Below are positions 1 through 6,710 of a DNA stretch of 24,737 nucleotides, one piece after another. Every line of letters starts with the position of its first letter. Position 1 is the stretch's first letter. The stretch is from a virus, in the IMG/VR virus record IMGVR_UViG_3300026280_000003. One strand, given 5' to 3'. A model generated the notes under the pieces. That model searched no databases. It saw only the letters and a program-made list of their open reading frames with translations, and was not told the DNA's origin. The position numbers and the translations under genes are program-made.

Positions 1-99
1 ATACGAGAGCCGTCGAGCAGGCTCAGAATTTGTTCCGCTCTTTGTTCGAAGAAGTAAACATTGTTCGTGCTCAAAATTTCCTTGACGAGCTCCAATGCG
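1..99. repeat. Terminal direct repeat: window bases 1-99 are identical to 24639-24737 (circular-contig overlap or terminal redundancy)
   Basis: Compared the first 99 bases with the last 99 bases by eye; exact match. The terminase reading frame is continuous across the junction. Confidence 0.9.
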
Positions 100-287
100 C
101 TCAGGCGTAATGATGGGTTGGTTTTTCGCGTCACGAGGATTTTCAATGGCTCGGTTGCGTAGCCAATCAAGATCAGCAAATATTGCGCGACGGCGTAGCT
201 TTTTCCTGAACCTGCTCCGCCGAAAATAACAAGTTCAGTACCTTCGCGGATAGCTCTTGAGAAGAATCTCACATACTTAGGAATCAT
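1..287 (-). CDS. terL: Terminase large subunit, N-terminal segment (ATPase domain); continues across the window junction into 23735-24737
   Basis: Reverse-strand translation from the ATG at 287-285: MIPKYVRFFSRAIREGTELVIFGGAGSGKSYAVAQ..., with Walker A GGAGSGKS. The start overlaps the TerS stop. Frame is continuous with ORF 23735..24733 through the 99-bp repeat; combined length about 1191 nt, about 396 aa. Confidence 0.85.
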   Translation of the reverse strand, partial: MIPKYVRFFSRAIREGTELVIFGGAGSGKSYAVAQYLLILIGYATEPLKILVTRKTNPSLRLSALELVKEILSTNNVYFFEQRAEQILSLLDGSR

Positions 288-765
288 CCAATTGCTTGTC
301 CGCGTTTCCGTCATAGTTTGTTTTCTCCTCTTCAGGAAGTTCGATTATAAGCTTGGGTAACTTGTCGAGCTCAATTGCGGTTTCTTTCCTATCTGCCCAT
401 CTGTCGGGCGCGCGGTTCTTGAGGAAGAAAATGATCGCGGTCGTGTCGGGAGGCATGTGCTTTTTCATCACTTCTTGGCGCTCGTACACGGTTTCGTCTT
501 CGCGAATCACGCGATGCACTTTGATTTCTTGGTATTCGTATCCCATCGCGCGCTTGAATAAAGCGTTTTCGACTTTGTGTATCGCTTCTTCTTTGCCTTT
601 TTTTACCGCCTCACCTAATTGAGGATATTTCTTGAGCCATTCATAGAATGTGCGTTCCGATATCCCAAGATTGTGAGCGATTTCTTCTTGAGTTAGTCCT
701 TGCGAAGCATATTCGTAAGCTTGATTGATCATTTCTTTGTTGAACCTCGGTTTTCTTCCTCGCAT
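277..765 (-). CDS. terS: Terminase small subunit (HTH-containing)
   Basis: 162 aa. N-terminal HTH-like segment (LTQEEIAHNLGISERTFYEWL) and a TerS-like motif AIIFFLKNRAPDRW; stop overlaps the TerL start; RBS GGGGGAG upstream. Confidence 0.75.
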   Translation of the reverse strand: MRGRKPRFNKEMINQAYEYASQGLTQEEIAHNLGISERTFYEWLKKYPQLGEAVKKGKEEAIHKVENALFKRAMGYEYQEIKVHRVIREDETVYERQEVMKKHMPPDTTAIIFFLKNRAPDRWADRKETAIELDKLPKLIIELPEEEKTNYDGNADKQLDDS

Positions 766-952
766 GCGCTCCCCCCGTTGCTTGGACCTCCTCGGGTTTG
801 GAAAGGTTTTAGGCTTGCTCTTCAGCGTAGTTGAAGCGATATCTGATTGTGAATCGGATTGTACGGAGCTGGTTTCAGTTCGCTAAGTTTCTTTTTCACT
901 ATTTCCATCCTTAACCCTCCTGTTTCAAGATTACCACGCCGAATAAAATTAG

Positions 953-1129
953 TCAAGCCCACCATTCGATCGTGACTGCGCCTTTGTGTATTTCCGCAAT
1001 CACGTAGTGCGTTTCATGCCCTGACGCGTCCACAACGAGCCCTTCCGCCAACGTCGTGTCTCCGTTTTCAGAAAGAATGTTTTTCACTACTAAGATTCTT
1101 CCACCGTCAAGCTCTATGATTTCTTCCAT
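953..1129 (-). CDS. Hypothetical small early protein (about 58 aa; the track ORF 953..1177 extends to a TTG)
   Basis: ATG at about 1129 preceded by AGGGAGGT; the longer track ORF begins at a TTG overlapping the upstream stop. Confidence 0.4.
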   Translation of the reverse strand: MEEIIELDGGRILVVKNILSENGDTTLAEGLVVDASGHETHYVIAEIHKGAVTIEWWA

Positions 1130-1173
1130 GCTCCTACCTCCCTTCAGAAACGGGAGAGCTCTTCGCTCTCCCG

Positions 1174-1377
1174 TCAATGCGCAAATGCTTTTCTAAGTTT
1201 TTCGACTCTTTCTGCGTCCATTAGGCAAATGCCATCTTCGACGCGAACCCACGTGAGCTTTTTCCAGCCGAAGTACGCCTTCACAAGTCGCTTCACCTCG
1301 TGCCATTCTCCGCGTGTTATCTTCTTTGTCTCGTGAAACAGTGTTTTGCTTCCATTCGCAGATACGTAGATCCTCAT
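1174..1377 (-). CDS. Hypothetical small early protein (67 aa)
   Basis: ATG start with RBS GGGAGGTGG; stop overlaps the next start. Confidence 0.45.
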   Translation of the reverse strand: MRIYVSANGSKTLFHETKKITRGEWHEVKRLVKAYFGWKKLTWVRVEDGICLMDAERVEKLRKAFAH

Positions 1378-1583
1378 TTTTCCACCTCCCTTTCAAGCTT
1401 GCGAATATCCGCTTCAGCCACAAGCGTGACGCTAACGTTTCTGATATTTCTAACCTCATAGATGCCCCCGTTGCTGGCTGTGTAGAACGGTGTCATGCTT
1501 GCCAAAGCGATTAGGTAATCGCGAGCTTCTTCGATTGTTTCAAACACAAAACATATTTTGTCGTCGCGAATGGTCTTTGTCAT
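1374..1583 (-). CDS. Hypothetical small early protein (69 aa)
   Basis: ATG start with RBS AAGGAGGAG; ATGA overlap with the downstream gene. Confidence 0.45.
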   Translation of the reverse strand: MTKTIRDDKICFVFETIEEARDYLIALASMTPFYTASNGGIYEVRNIRNVSVTLVAEADIRKLEREVEK

Positions 1584-1598
1584 TTCCTCTCCTCCTTT

Positions 1599-1907
1599 TC
1601 ATTCGTCTTCCTCTTCGTTCGCCACGCGAAGTTGGTCCACGCGGTCTAAGTATCCCCCGACAAGCTCCAAGATCCTCTGTCTCAAAACGGGTTTTCGGTT
1701 CGAAAACTTGTACAGGTGCAACAAGACTATCAACGTCTTCAGCTGTGTGCGCGGGTTCTTGTTCTGAATCCTTTTCACAAGTTGAGCTACGCGAAGATTG
1801 TCAAATTCCTCCGCATAGAGCACCTTCCCGTTTTCGTTAACGACTTCGACGGTCGCAATTATCCCGCGTGGCGTTTTTTCAATTCGCGTCGCGATCTTCA
1901 TCGTCAT
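1599..1907 (-). CDS. Hypothetical early protein (102 aa)
   Basis: ATG start with RBS GGAAAGGAGGG; acidic C-terminus. Confidence 0.45.
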   Translation of the reverse strand: MTMKIATRIEKTPRGIIATVEVVNENGKVLYAEEFDNLRVAQLVKRIQNKNPRTQLKTLIVLLHLYKFSNRKPVLRQRILELVGGYLDRVDQLRVANEEEDE

Positions 1908-1995
1908 CCCTCCTTTCCACGCGCAAAAGCGCCATTACGAACATCCCCAACAAAGCGCCTAACAGTATTAGTCCCAAACCTACGATGAAGCTCAT
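1879..1995 (-). CDS. Small hydrophobic peptide (38 aa, one predicted TM helix, acidic tail)
   Basis: Hand-translated: MSFIVGLGLILLGALLGMFVMALLRVERRDDDEDRDAN. ATGA overlap with the upstream 44-aa ORF; below the ORF-track size cut-off. Confidence 0.3.
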   Translation of the reverse strand: MSFIVGLGLILLGALLGMFVMALLRVERRDDDEDRDAN

Positions 1996-2126
1996 TCCTC
2001 CTCGCCTCCTTCCTCCTCAGCTTTCTCAAGAATGTACTGCCACAAGTCCTCATCTTCAATCTGCCAAAGCTCGCAACCGTACTCCACAAGCGCAATTCTG
2101 TTTGCTCTCTCTAACAAGCTTTTCAT
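1992..2126 (-). CDS. Small acidic protein (44 aa)
   Basis: Hand-translated: MKSLLERANRIALVEYGCELWQIEDEDLWQYILEKAEEEGGEEE. RBS GGGAGGG 7-9 nt upstream of the ATG; first ORF downstream of the iteron cluster. Confidence 0.3.
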   Translation of the reverse strand: MKSLLERANRIALVEYGCELWQIEDEDLWQYILEKAEEEGGEEE

Positions 2127-2129
2127 GCC

Positions 2130-2400
2130 TCTTCCCTCCCTTTTCTAACCCGTTTCTACTGTTTCTACTTTCCCCCTCGCCACACGCCGCCGCAATCCCT
2201 TTTCTGGAGCGCGTTTCCGATACTTATCCGAGTTTCTAACCTTTCTACTTTTTCTACTCTCTTAAGAGTGAGAAAGCTTCTAATAGCTTTCTCACTCTAT
2301 ATATTTTTTATATAATATAGCGAAAGTAGAAACGCATTCAAACCCACATGAGAAGCGGTTTTGCGTTTCTAACCCGTTTCTAACGTTTCTACTTTTACCC
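2130..2400. repeat. Putative replication origin: three clusters of three GTTTCTA(C/A) iteron-like repeats at about 10-bp spacing, flanking a palindrome and an AT-rich tract
   Basis: TTTCTA cores at about 2142, 2153, 2162; 2233, 2242, 2252; 2366, 2376, 2386, plus one inverted copy at about 2326. Lies immediately 3' of the initiator-like ATPase gene. Confidence 0.6.
2265..2320. repeat. Perfect 14-bp inverted repeat (AGAGTGAGAAAGCT / AGCTTTCTCACTCT, 6-nt spacer) followed by an AT-rich tract (ATATATTTTTTATATAATATAG)
   Basis: Read directly; the arms are exact reverse complements. The AT-rich tract is a candidate DNA-unwinding element. Confidence 0.6.
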
Positions 2401-3639
2401 ATGTATAGCCCTCCATTTGCCTCTGGAGGAGTTTTCGGCTAACCCTTGCTTTTTGAGTTCCGATAAAGCGTTCCAGACGCTTTGTTGAGACGCTCCGATG
2501 AGCTTCGCCAGGTCTGCGGGGGTCATTTCACCTTCTTCGAGGAGCAAAGAATATACAACGTCTCTAACAGTGTTTCCCGTTATGTTCGTTTTCAATTCTG
2601 TGTCCGCGCGGGAGACGAATGCGAACCCGTCTTGCCACTGCACGCGCAAGCCGATGGGATCGTGATACCCAAAGTTCGATTTTCGGTTATAGAGCGCGTA
2701 AATGAAAGTTTTTTCGTCATTGGGAGAGCGCCAGAACTTGAGCTCCCAGGTCATGCGCGCGAGGTTTTCGAAAAACACAGACCCAATTGGCATAGCTCCG
2801 TCGTCCTTCTCTTTGTGCGCTTTCGAGACATGGGAAATGATTAACACAGTTACACCCATGTCAGTTAGTTTGCGCACCTCGGCGAAGAAGCGAATCACGT
2901 TCGCCGAATCGATCAGGTCTCCTCCAGACGCCAAAGCCGCTGAGTCGAGGATAACTAATTTCACGTCGTGATGTGTGACGTTTTCAACAATGTTATATAT
3001 CTCCTCTGTCAGTGTTCTTGTGGCTGAGAGGTACAGCGGCGGGCGTTTTCCCGCGATGTCGAGCACAAGCTGGTTGAAGCGCGTATTTGTCAACGCGTAG
3101 TCGAGCTCCCAGTCCATGTAGAGGACGTTGACAGGCTCTTGACGTTGATAATTGAGATCATATCCTGACTGGAGAAGGACAGCGACATAGAGCGCAACGA
3201 TGGATTTTCCTGCACCACCTGGAGCGTAAATAAGAGCAGGGACGCGCGCAGGGAGCAAAGGATATAACAGATATTCTACGGTCGGTAGCGTCTCACAAAA
3301 TTCCAGCGGTTTAGCTTCATTAGGTGTGTGCAAGAGTGTGAAAACGTCGTTGCAGAATTTTTCGACGAGTTTGATCCAATCAACGCCCTCGAAAGGACTC
3401 CCAGCCACGACGTTTTTGATGTAGTTTGCCACGTTTTTTCGGCTTTGCGGGCTGCTCAGGCTTAGTCTTCCAGTGTAAATATGCATTCTTGTGCCATCCA
3501 CGAGGACACCTTTGATTGTTAAAAGACCCGAAGTGTGTTCGTCTTCTATGATTCGCGACAACGAAAATTCGATTGTTCCCATGGCGTAGTTTTCAAACGC
3601 ATAACACCCCAAGGGGGTCTTTTCCACGATCATATTCAT
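2395..3639 (-). CDS. Replication initiator / helicase-like RecA-fold ATPase with C-terminal winged-helix domain
   Basis: Walker A APGGAGKS and Walker B LVILDSAA; C-terminal HTH-like segment TPADLAKLIGASQQSVWNALSELKKQG. Track ORF starts at a TTG at 3660; an ATG at about 3639 overlaps the upstream stop (ATGA) and follows AAGGAGGA. Confidence 0.65.
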   Translation of the reverse strand: MNMIVEKTPLGCYAFENYAMGTIEFSLSRIIEDEHTSGLLTIKGVLVDGTRMHIYTGRLSLSSPQSRKNVANYIKNVVAGSPFEGVDWIKLVEKFCNDVFTLLHTPNEAKPLEFCETLPTVEYLLYPLLPARVPALIYAPGGAGKSIVALYVAVLLQSGYDLNYQRQEPVNVLYMDWELDYALTNTRFNQLVLDIAGKRPPLYLSATRTLTEEIYNIVENVTHHDVKLVILDSAALASGGDLIDSANVIRFFAEVRKLTDMGVTVLIISHVSKAHKEKDDGAMPIGSVFFENLARMTWELKFWRSPNDEKTFIYALYNRKSNFGYHDPIGLRVQWQDGFAFVSRADTELKTNITGNTVRDVVYSLLLEEGEMTPADLAKLIGASQQSVWNALSELKKQGLAENSSRGKWRAIHG

Positions 3640-3896
3640 TCCTCCTTGAGCTTCTCCCAATCTGTCGGTTGTGGACGTGGGCTTGAAGATTTCTTTTGAA
3701 GTTCCTTCAGTAGGACTAACAATATTTCTTGTTGCTTTGCCATCTGCTCCTCGAGCTTTTCTATTCGCTCAAGGAGCATCCTTTCGGCGCGGGAGAGTCT
3801 TCCTGACGAACGGGGCGTGAGACCCCGTTCGTGGTAGAAATCGAGCCAATCAGAAGACACAGGGAAATCGATGTAGTCTTCATTCATGCGAATCAC
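3636..3896 (-). CDS. Hypothetical protein (86 aa) with a coiled-coil segment
   Basis: ORF track; translationally coupled to the ATPase gene; no recognisable motif. Confidence 0.4.
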   Translation of the reverse strand: MIRMNEDYIDFPVSSDWLDFYHERGLTPRSSGRLSRAERMLLERIEKLEEQMAKQQEILLVLLKELQKKSSSPRPQPTDWEKLKEE

Positions 3897-4611
3897 CGTC
3901 TTGCGAGCGTGTTTCGGATAACAATGTTTGTAGCTCGTCTATCAATTTGGATGCTTGAGCTTTTGTTAGCTCTGACGAACTTTGTACGCCGTATCTTTGT
4001 TTGATATCGGCGACAATTTCTTCAACAGAGCATTCGGCTTCTTTTGCGAGATCGTGGATAAGGTGCGTGATCATTTTGATTTGCTTCTCCGTCGCAAGTT
4101 CTTGTTTTTGCGTCTGTTGCGCCGGCTTTTGCTCTGCTTCGGTGGTTTCCATATCTTCTAAGTCTTGGGTGAAAACATTTGAGGCTCCGAGCCCAGTCAA
4201 AACGGCGTCGACGTGTGCACGTTTCTTAGCCATTTTTAATATTGTGTTTGCGTTTCCAAGAGGATTATCGCTCCAATGACGTTTTTCCTTGCTGTTGCAC
4301 GAGCCGAATCCTTCTCCCACGACCTGACCAGACGCGGTTGTGAGTGTAGCCTTGAACATGTAATAAACATAGTTTTCTTCCTCAATCGCTTTTAGGAGCT
4401 CAAAATGTGGTATGAGATTGAAAAGGCGCGTGAGTTTCTCGGCACCCGACTTGTAGAGCGATGGTTTCCCTTCGCGTTTCCCGTGCGGGAAACCGTAATC
4501 GACGTCCGCTTCAAGAACTTCTTTTTGTAACAGTCTGAAGAGATCGTACTGTTCCTTCAGCGCCGTGATTTCTTGCTGTGTTACTGAGATAAGTTTTGGC
4601 AAGTCACTCAT
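3880..4611 (-). CDS. Hypothetical protein, possibly a single-strand annealing / recombination protein (ERF-like?)
   Basis: Track ORF 3880..4620 begins at a GTG that is part of GGAGGTGA; the ATG 9 nt downstream is the likely start. Sits between the resolvase and the replication ATPase. The YYMFKATLTTASG segment resembles, from memory only, the ERF core. Confidence 0.3.
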   Translation of the reverse strand: MSDLPKLISVTQQEITALKEQYDLFRLLQKEVLEADVDYGFPHGKREGKPSLYKSGAEKLTRLFNLIPHFELLKAIEEENYVYYMFKATLTTASGQVVGEGFGSCNSKEKRHWSDNPLGNANTILKMAKKRAHVDAVLTGLGASNVFTQDLEDMETTEAEQKPAQQTQKQELATEKQIKMITHLIHDLAKEAECSVEEIVADIKQRYGVQSSSELTKAQASKLIDELQTLLSETRSQDGDSHE

Positions 4612-4804
4612 TTTCTTCACCTCCCAAAACTTTCTTCAGTTCCTCGTAGAAGGCTTGTGCCTCGTCCTTTTCGAAGGTTTCCGTGCTCCCGTCTACGAAC
4701 TGGATCTGCAACAGCGGGCCGCGCGCGAAGACGTACGTTATCGCGGATACGTTGTTCGTGTTCAGCCAAATAACACTTTGCTCTTTCTGTAGCCTCACCC
4801 ACAT
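4604..4804 (-). CDS. Hypothetical small protein (66 aa)
   Basis: ATG start; preferred over an overlapping Arg-rich alternative frame (4617..4832). Confidence 0.4.
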   Translation of the reverse strand: MWVRLQKEQSVIWLNTNNVSAITYVFARGPLLQIQFVDGSTETFEKDEAQAFYEELKKVLGGEENE

Positions 4805-4852
4805 GCCTTCGCCTGCCTCCCTCAGGCTCCACCTCCTCCTGAGTTTTCTACA

Positions 4853-4881
4853 TCTAACATAGTGGGAGGGACTATGTTAGA
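4853..4881. promoter_or_regulatory. Perfect 11-bp inverted repeat TCTAACATAGT-GGGAGGG-ACTATGTTAGA in the 5' region of the leftward operon (operator or RNA hairpin)
   Basis: Arms are exact reverse complements; the 7-nt loop GGGAGGG is SD-like on one strand. About 50 nt upstream of the ATG at 4804. Confidence 0.5.
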
Positions 4882-4972
4882 CGTGCTAAAGTTTTTCGAA
4901 TCTCGCTAAGATAATATCGACTAAGTTTTGCGATCGCATGAAGCTACCGTAACGATCCCCAAACGCATAGCT

Positions 4973-5062
4973 GAAAAACACGTGAATTTATCATAGGGAG
5001 AAAAACACGTGGTATGATAGAATTGAAAGAAAATAGTTGTGGTAAACTCCAGGTGTGGTAAA
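4973..5062. repeat. Direct repeats in an AT-rich intergenic region: GAAAAACACGTG x2 (27-bp period) and TGTGGTAAA x2 (16-bp period)
   Basis: Copies at about 4973-4984 and 5000-5011; and at about 5038-5046 and 5054-5062. TGTGGTAAACT recurs on the opposite strand at about 5477-5488, just upstream of the resolvase gene. Confidence 0.5.
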
Positions 5063-5092
5063 ATAGAATATTAGCCTGCTCCACCTCCCTTC

Positions 5093-5129
5093 AAATAGAA
5101 AAAGCGCTTTAACCCTCCTTTGGGAGGGT
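5093..5129 (-). terminator. Putative intrinsic terminator/attenuator overlapping the 3' end of the resolvase gene
   Basis: Minus-strand hairpin ACCCTCC-CAAA-GGAGGGT followed by the palindrome AAAGCGCTTT and a T-rich run TTTTTCTATTT. Confidence 0.45.
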
Positions 5130-5459
5130 ATTTCGTTTCAAAAGTTTCTTCAGGGTCTCTAACTCCATGCAAACAATCCAATCTTTTCTGTCTGCTCTAA
5201 CAAAGAGCAAATCCGCGCGCTCAAGGAAACGATACAGCGTTTCAAAACCGCGTGCGCGCCTCTTGACCTCTACGACCCACTGCGGATGTCCCTTTTCGAA
5301 AACGACGACATCGCCTTTTTGGAACTCGGACGCTCCCGAAAGTGGGACGCGTTTTGCGTCGAAACCGAGCTCGCGAAGGATTTCTTCTGCCTCCTTCTCG
5401 CCACGGTATCCTTTTCTCCGCGAAAGCTTTCCCACAAACAATCCCCCCTTCTCTGCCAT
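5109..5459 (-). CDS. Holliday-junction resolvase, archaeal Hjc-type PD-(D/E)xK nuclease
   Basis: Pattern GYRGEKEAEEILRELGFDAKRVPLSGASEFQKGDVVVF...VVEVK matches the Hjc arrangement (G..E...L...GF...R...SG......D....(E)xK). Likely start is the ATG at about 5459 (RBS GAAGGGG); the track ORF begins at a GTG at 5465. Confidence 0.55.
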   Translation of the reverse strand: MAEKGGLFVGKLSRRKGYRGEKEAEEILRELGFDAKRVPLSGASEFQKGDVVVFEKGHPQWVVEVKRRARGFETLYRFLERADLLFVRADRKDWIVCMELETLKKLLKRNTLPKEG

Positions 5460-5549
5460 TTGCACCCCTTCAACAATAGTTTACCACATGAACGGCGCGG
5501 TGGCTAAGGGAGGAGAACATGGGTTGCGCTTTCTCGGTTTCATCATTCT

Positions 5550-5614
5550 GCAATGTACTTGATCGCAAGTCGTTACGGAGTCTACATTATGTCGCAATGT
5601 AGGGGGGGTATAAT
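5550..5614 (+). promoter_or_regulatory. Control region for the plus-strand operon: three AATGTA half-sites, including the inverted repeat CTACATT-N7-AATGTAG, directly upstream of a TATAAT -10 box
   Basis: GCAATGTAC at about 5550-5558; CTACATT at about 5582-5588; AATGTAG at about 5596-5602; TATAAT at about 5609-5614. No good -35 hexamer at 17-bp spacing; the inverted repeat occupies that position. Confidence 0.5.
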
Positions 5615-5683
5615 TGGGGTGAAAAGTGTTTGAGAAGCCCCGCCGGGTGAGGTGGCGGGAAAACGGGAAAGGAGGGGTGAAGG

Positions 5684-5902
5684 ATGAAAGATGTGCGAAA
5701 AATCATTGAAGATTGGCTCGAGAACAGGATGTGGCATCTCATACCACAAGAGACACGGCAAAAAGCGGAGCAGTTGTTGCAGCAAGGGGTTGCGGGAATC
5801 GATTTAAAGGGTCTCATCATCGTGCTTCATCATTTTGTTACTGAACCGGTCGAGACTCGTTACGGAACCGACATCGTAGCGCAACGAAAGGCAGTAAAAT
5901 AA
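5684..5902 (+). CDS. Hypothetical protein (72 aa), first gene of the only plus-strand operon
   Basis: ATG preceded by GGAAAGGAGGGGTGAAGG; no recognisable motif. Confidence 0.5.
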   Translation: MKDVRKIIEDWLENRMWHLIPQETRQKAEQLLQQGVAGIDLKGLIIVLHHFVTEPVETRYGTDIVAQRKAVK

Positions 5903-5956
5903 AAGTGGAAAACAACAAATGCCGTCGGGGAACGACGGCAAAAGGGAGGGGGAAGT

Positions 5957-6310
5957 ATGGGAAAGATAACTTTAGAGTCATTGGAGGCACCCTATGTCTT
6001 AAAAGAAAGCACGTATTTCTGGCGGACGGAGCGGCATGCGGCCGCGCGCCGCAGCCGCGAGAAATACTACGTGAGCCTGGTAGAAGACTGGTTGAGGCGC
6101 CTTTGTGAACAACACGGGTTGAACCTCAGAATTGAAAAGACAGACACGAGCGTCGCGGCATACAACAAAGATGAGCAGGTATTCAAATTCACAATCAGGT
6201 TAAGTTGCCGCCACGTTTACAAGAGACAAGATGTGAAAAAGTTACTGCGGCTGGTTTCTGAAACGCAAAGGAAAGGAGGTGACGGACGTCCTCCCGCGGC
6301 AGGGGAGTAA
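5957..6310 (+). CDS. Hypothetical protein (117 aa), basic
   Basis: ATG preceded by AGGGAGGGGGAAGT; no recognisable motif. Confidence 0.5.
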   Translation: MGKITLESLEAPYVLKESTYFWRTERHAAARRSREKYYVSLVEDWLRRLCEQHGLNLRIEKTDTSVAAYNKDEQVFKFTIRLSCRHVYKRQDVKKLLRLVSETQRKGGDGRPPAAGE

Positions 6311-6339
6311 AAACGGAGAAGAGGAGGTGGAAGCCCGCG

Positions 6340-6693
6340 GTGGGAGGCGCGGGCAAGGCGATGGGAAAGGCAGAAGTACTTCAAAAGCTGCGCAAATTCT
6401 TGAGAAAGAATCTCTGGGAGATCCCCGAGGTCCAAGAAGCGGTCGCGCAGTTGGAGAGATTGGCCGCGCAGCACGATTGGTACCCCTCAGACGTGCTCAA
6501 CTTTGAAATCATGTATGAGAACAAGCCGCGAGCGCTCAGGATAATTTTCAGTGCTCCTGTTGAAACGCTCGGCGAAGACTCCGTAAAAGAGATGCACCGC
6601 TGGCAAGAAGTAATAGCGACCGCAGTCCAGTCCTTTGTTTTGAAAACCCTCGAAGCCGAAGGTCTCCCATGGGAAATTGTGAACGAGCTCTGA
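6340..6693 (+). CDS. Hypothetical protein (117 aa by the track GTG start; alternative ATG at about 6361)
   Basis: GAGGAGGTGG about 9 nt upstream of the GTG at 6340; ends at a TGA immediately before the bidirectional terminator. Confidence 0.5.
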   Translation: MGGAGKAMGKAEVLQKLRKFLRKNLWEIPEVQEAVAQLERLAAQHDWYPSDVLNFEIMYENKPRALRIIFSAPVETLGEDSVKEMHRWQEVIATAVQSFVLKTLEAEGLPWEIVNEL

Positions 6694-6710
6694 AAAAGCA
6701 CCGCACTGCG

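Noticed and set aside
822-908. 28-aa ORF (MEIVKKKLSELKPAPYNPIHNQISLQLR) whose KPAPYNP segment resembles the N-terminal P-x-NPR motif of ParB-like nucleases
   Set aside because: The ORF stops after 28 codons and the downstream frames show no ParB-like continuation; at most a decayed remnant or a chance match, though it has a good RBS.
1904-2095. 63-aa Arg-rich minus-strand ORF
   Set aside because: Alternative frame over the region where two small RBS-preceded ORFs (1992..2126 and 1879..1995) fit better.
2130-2400. Short repeat array considered as a possible CRISPR array
   Set aside because: The repeat units are only 8-10 bp at about 10-bp spacing with no spacers and no cas genes; this fits iterons, not CRISPR.
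3830-3910. One-base discrepancy between the printed sequence and the ORF track coordinates around 3840 and 3881-3897
   Set aside because: Hand translation of the printed text gives an extra A at the 3840/3841 line junction compared with the track protein; treated as a formatting artefact rather than a real frameshift. Hand-derived coordinates elsewhere may therefore be off by 1-2 bases.
4617-4832. 71-aa minus-strand ORF overlapping the 66-aa ORF 4604..4804
   Set aside because: Extremely Arg-rich alternative frame; the 66-aa frame was preferred.
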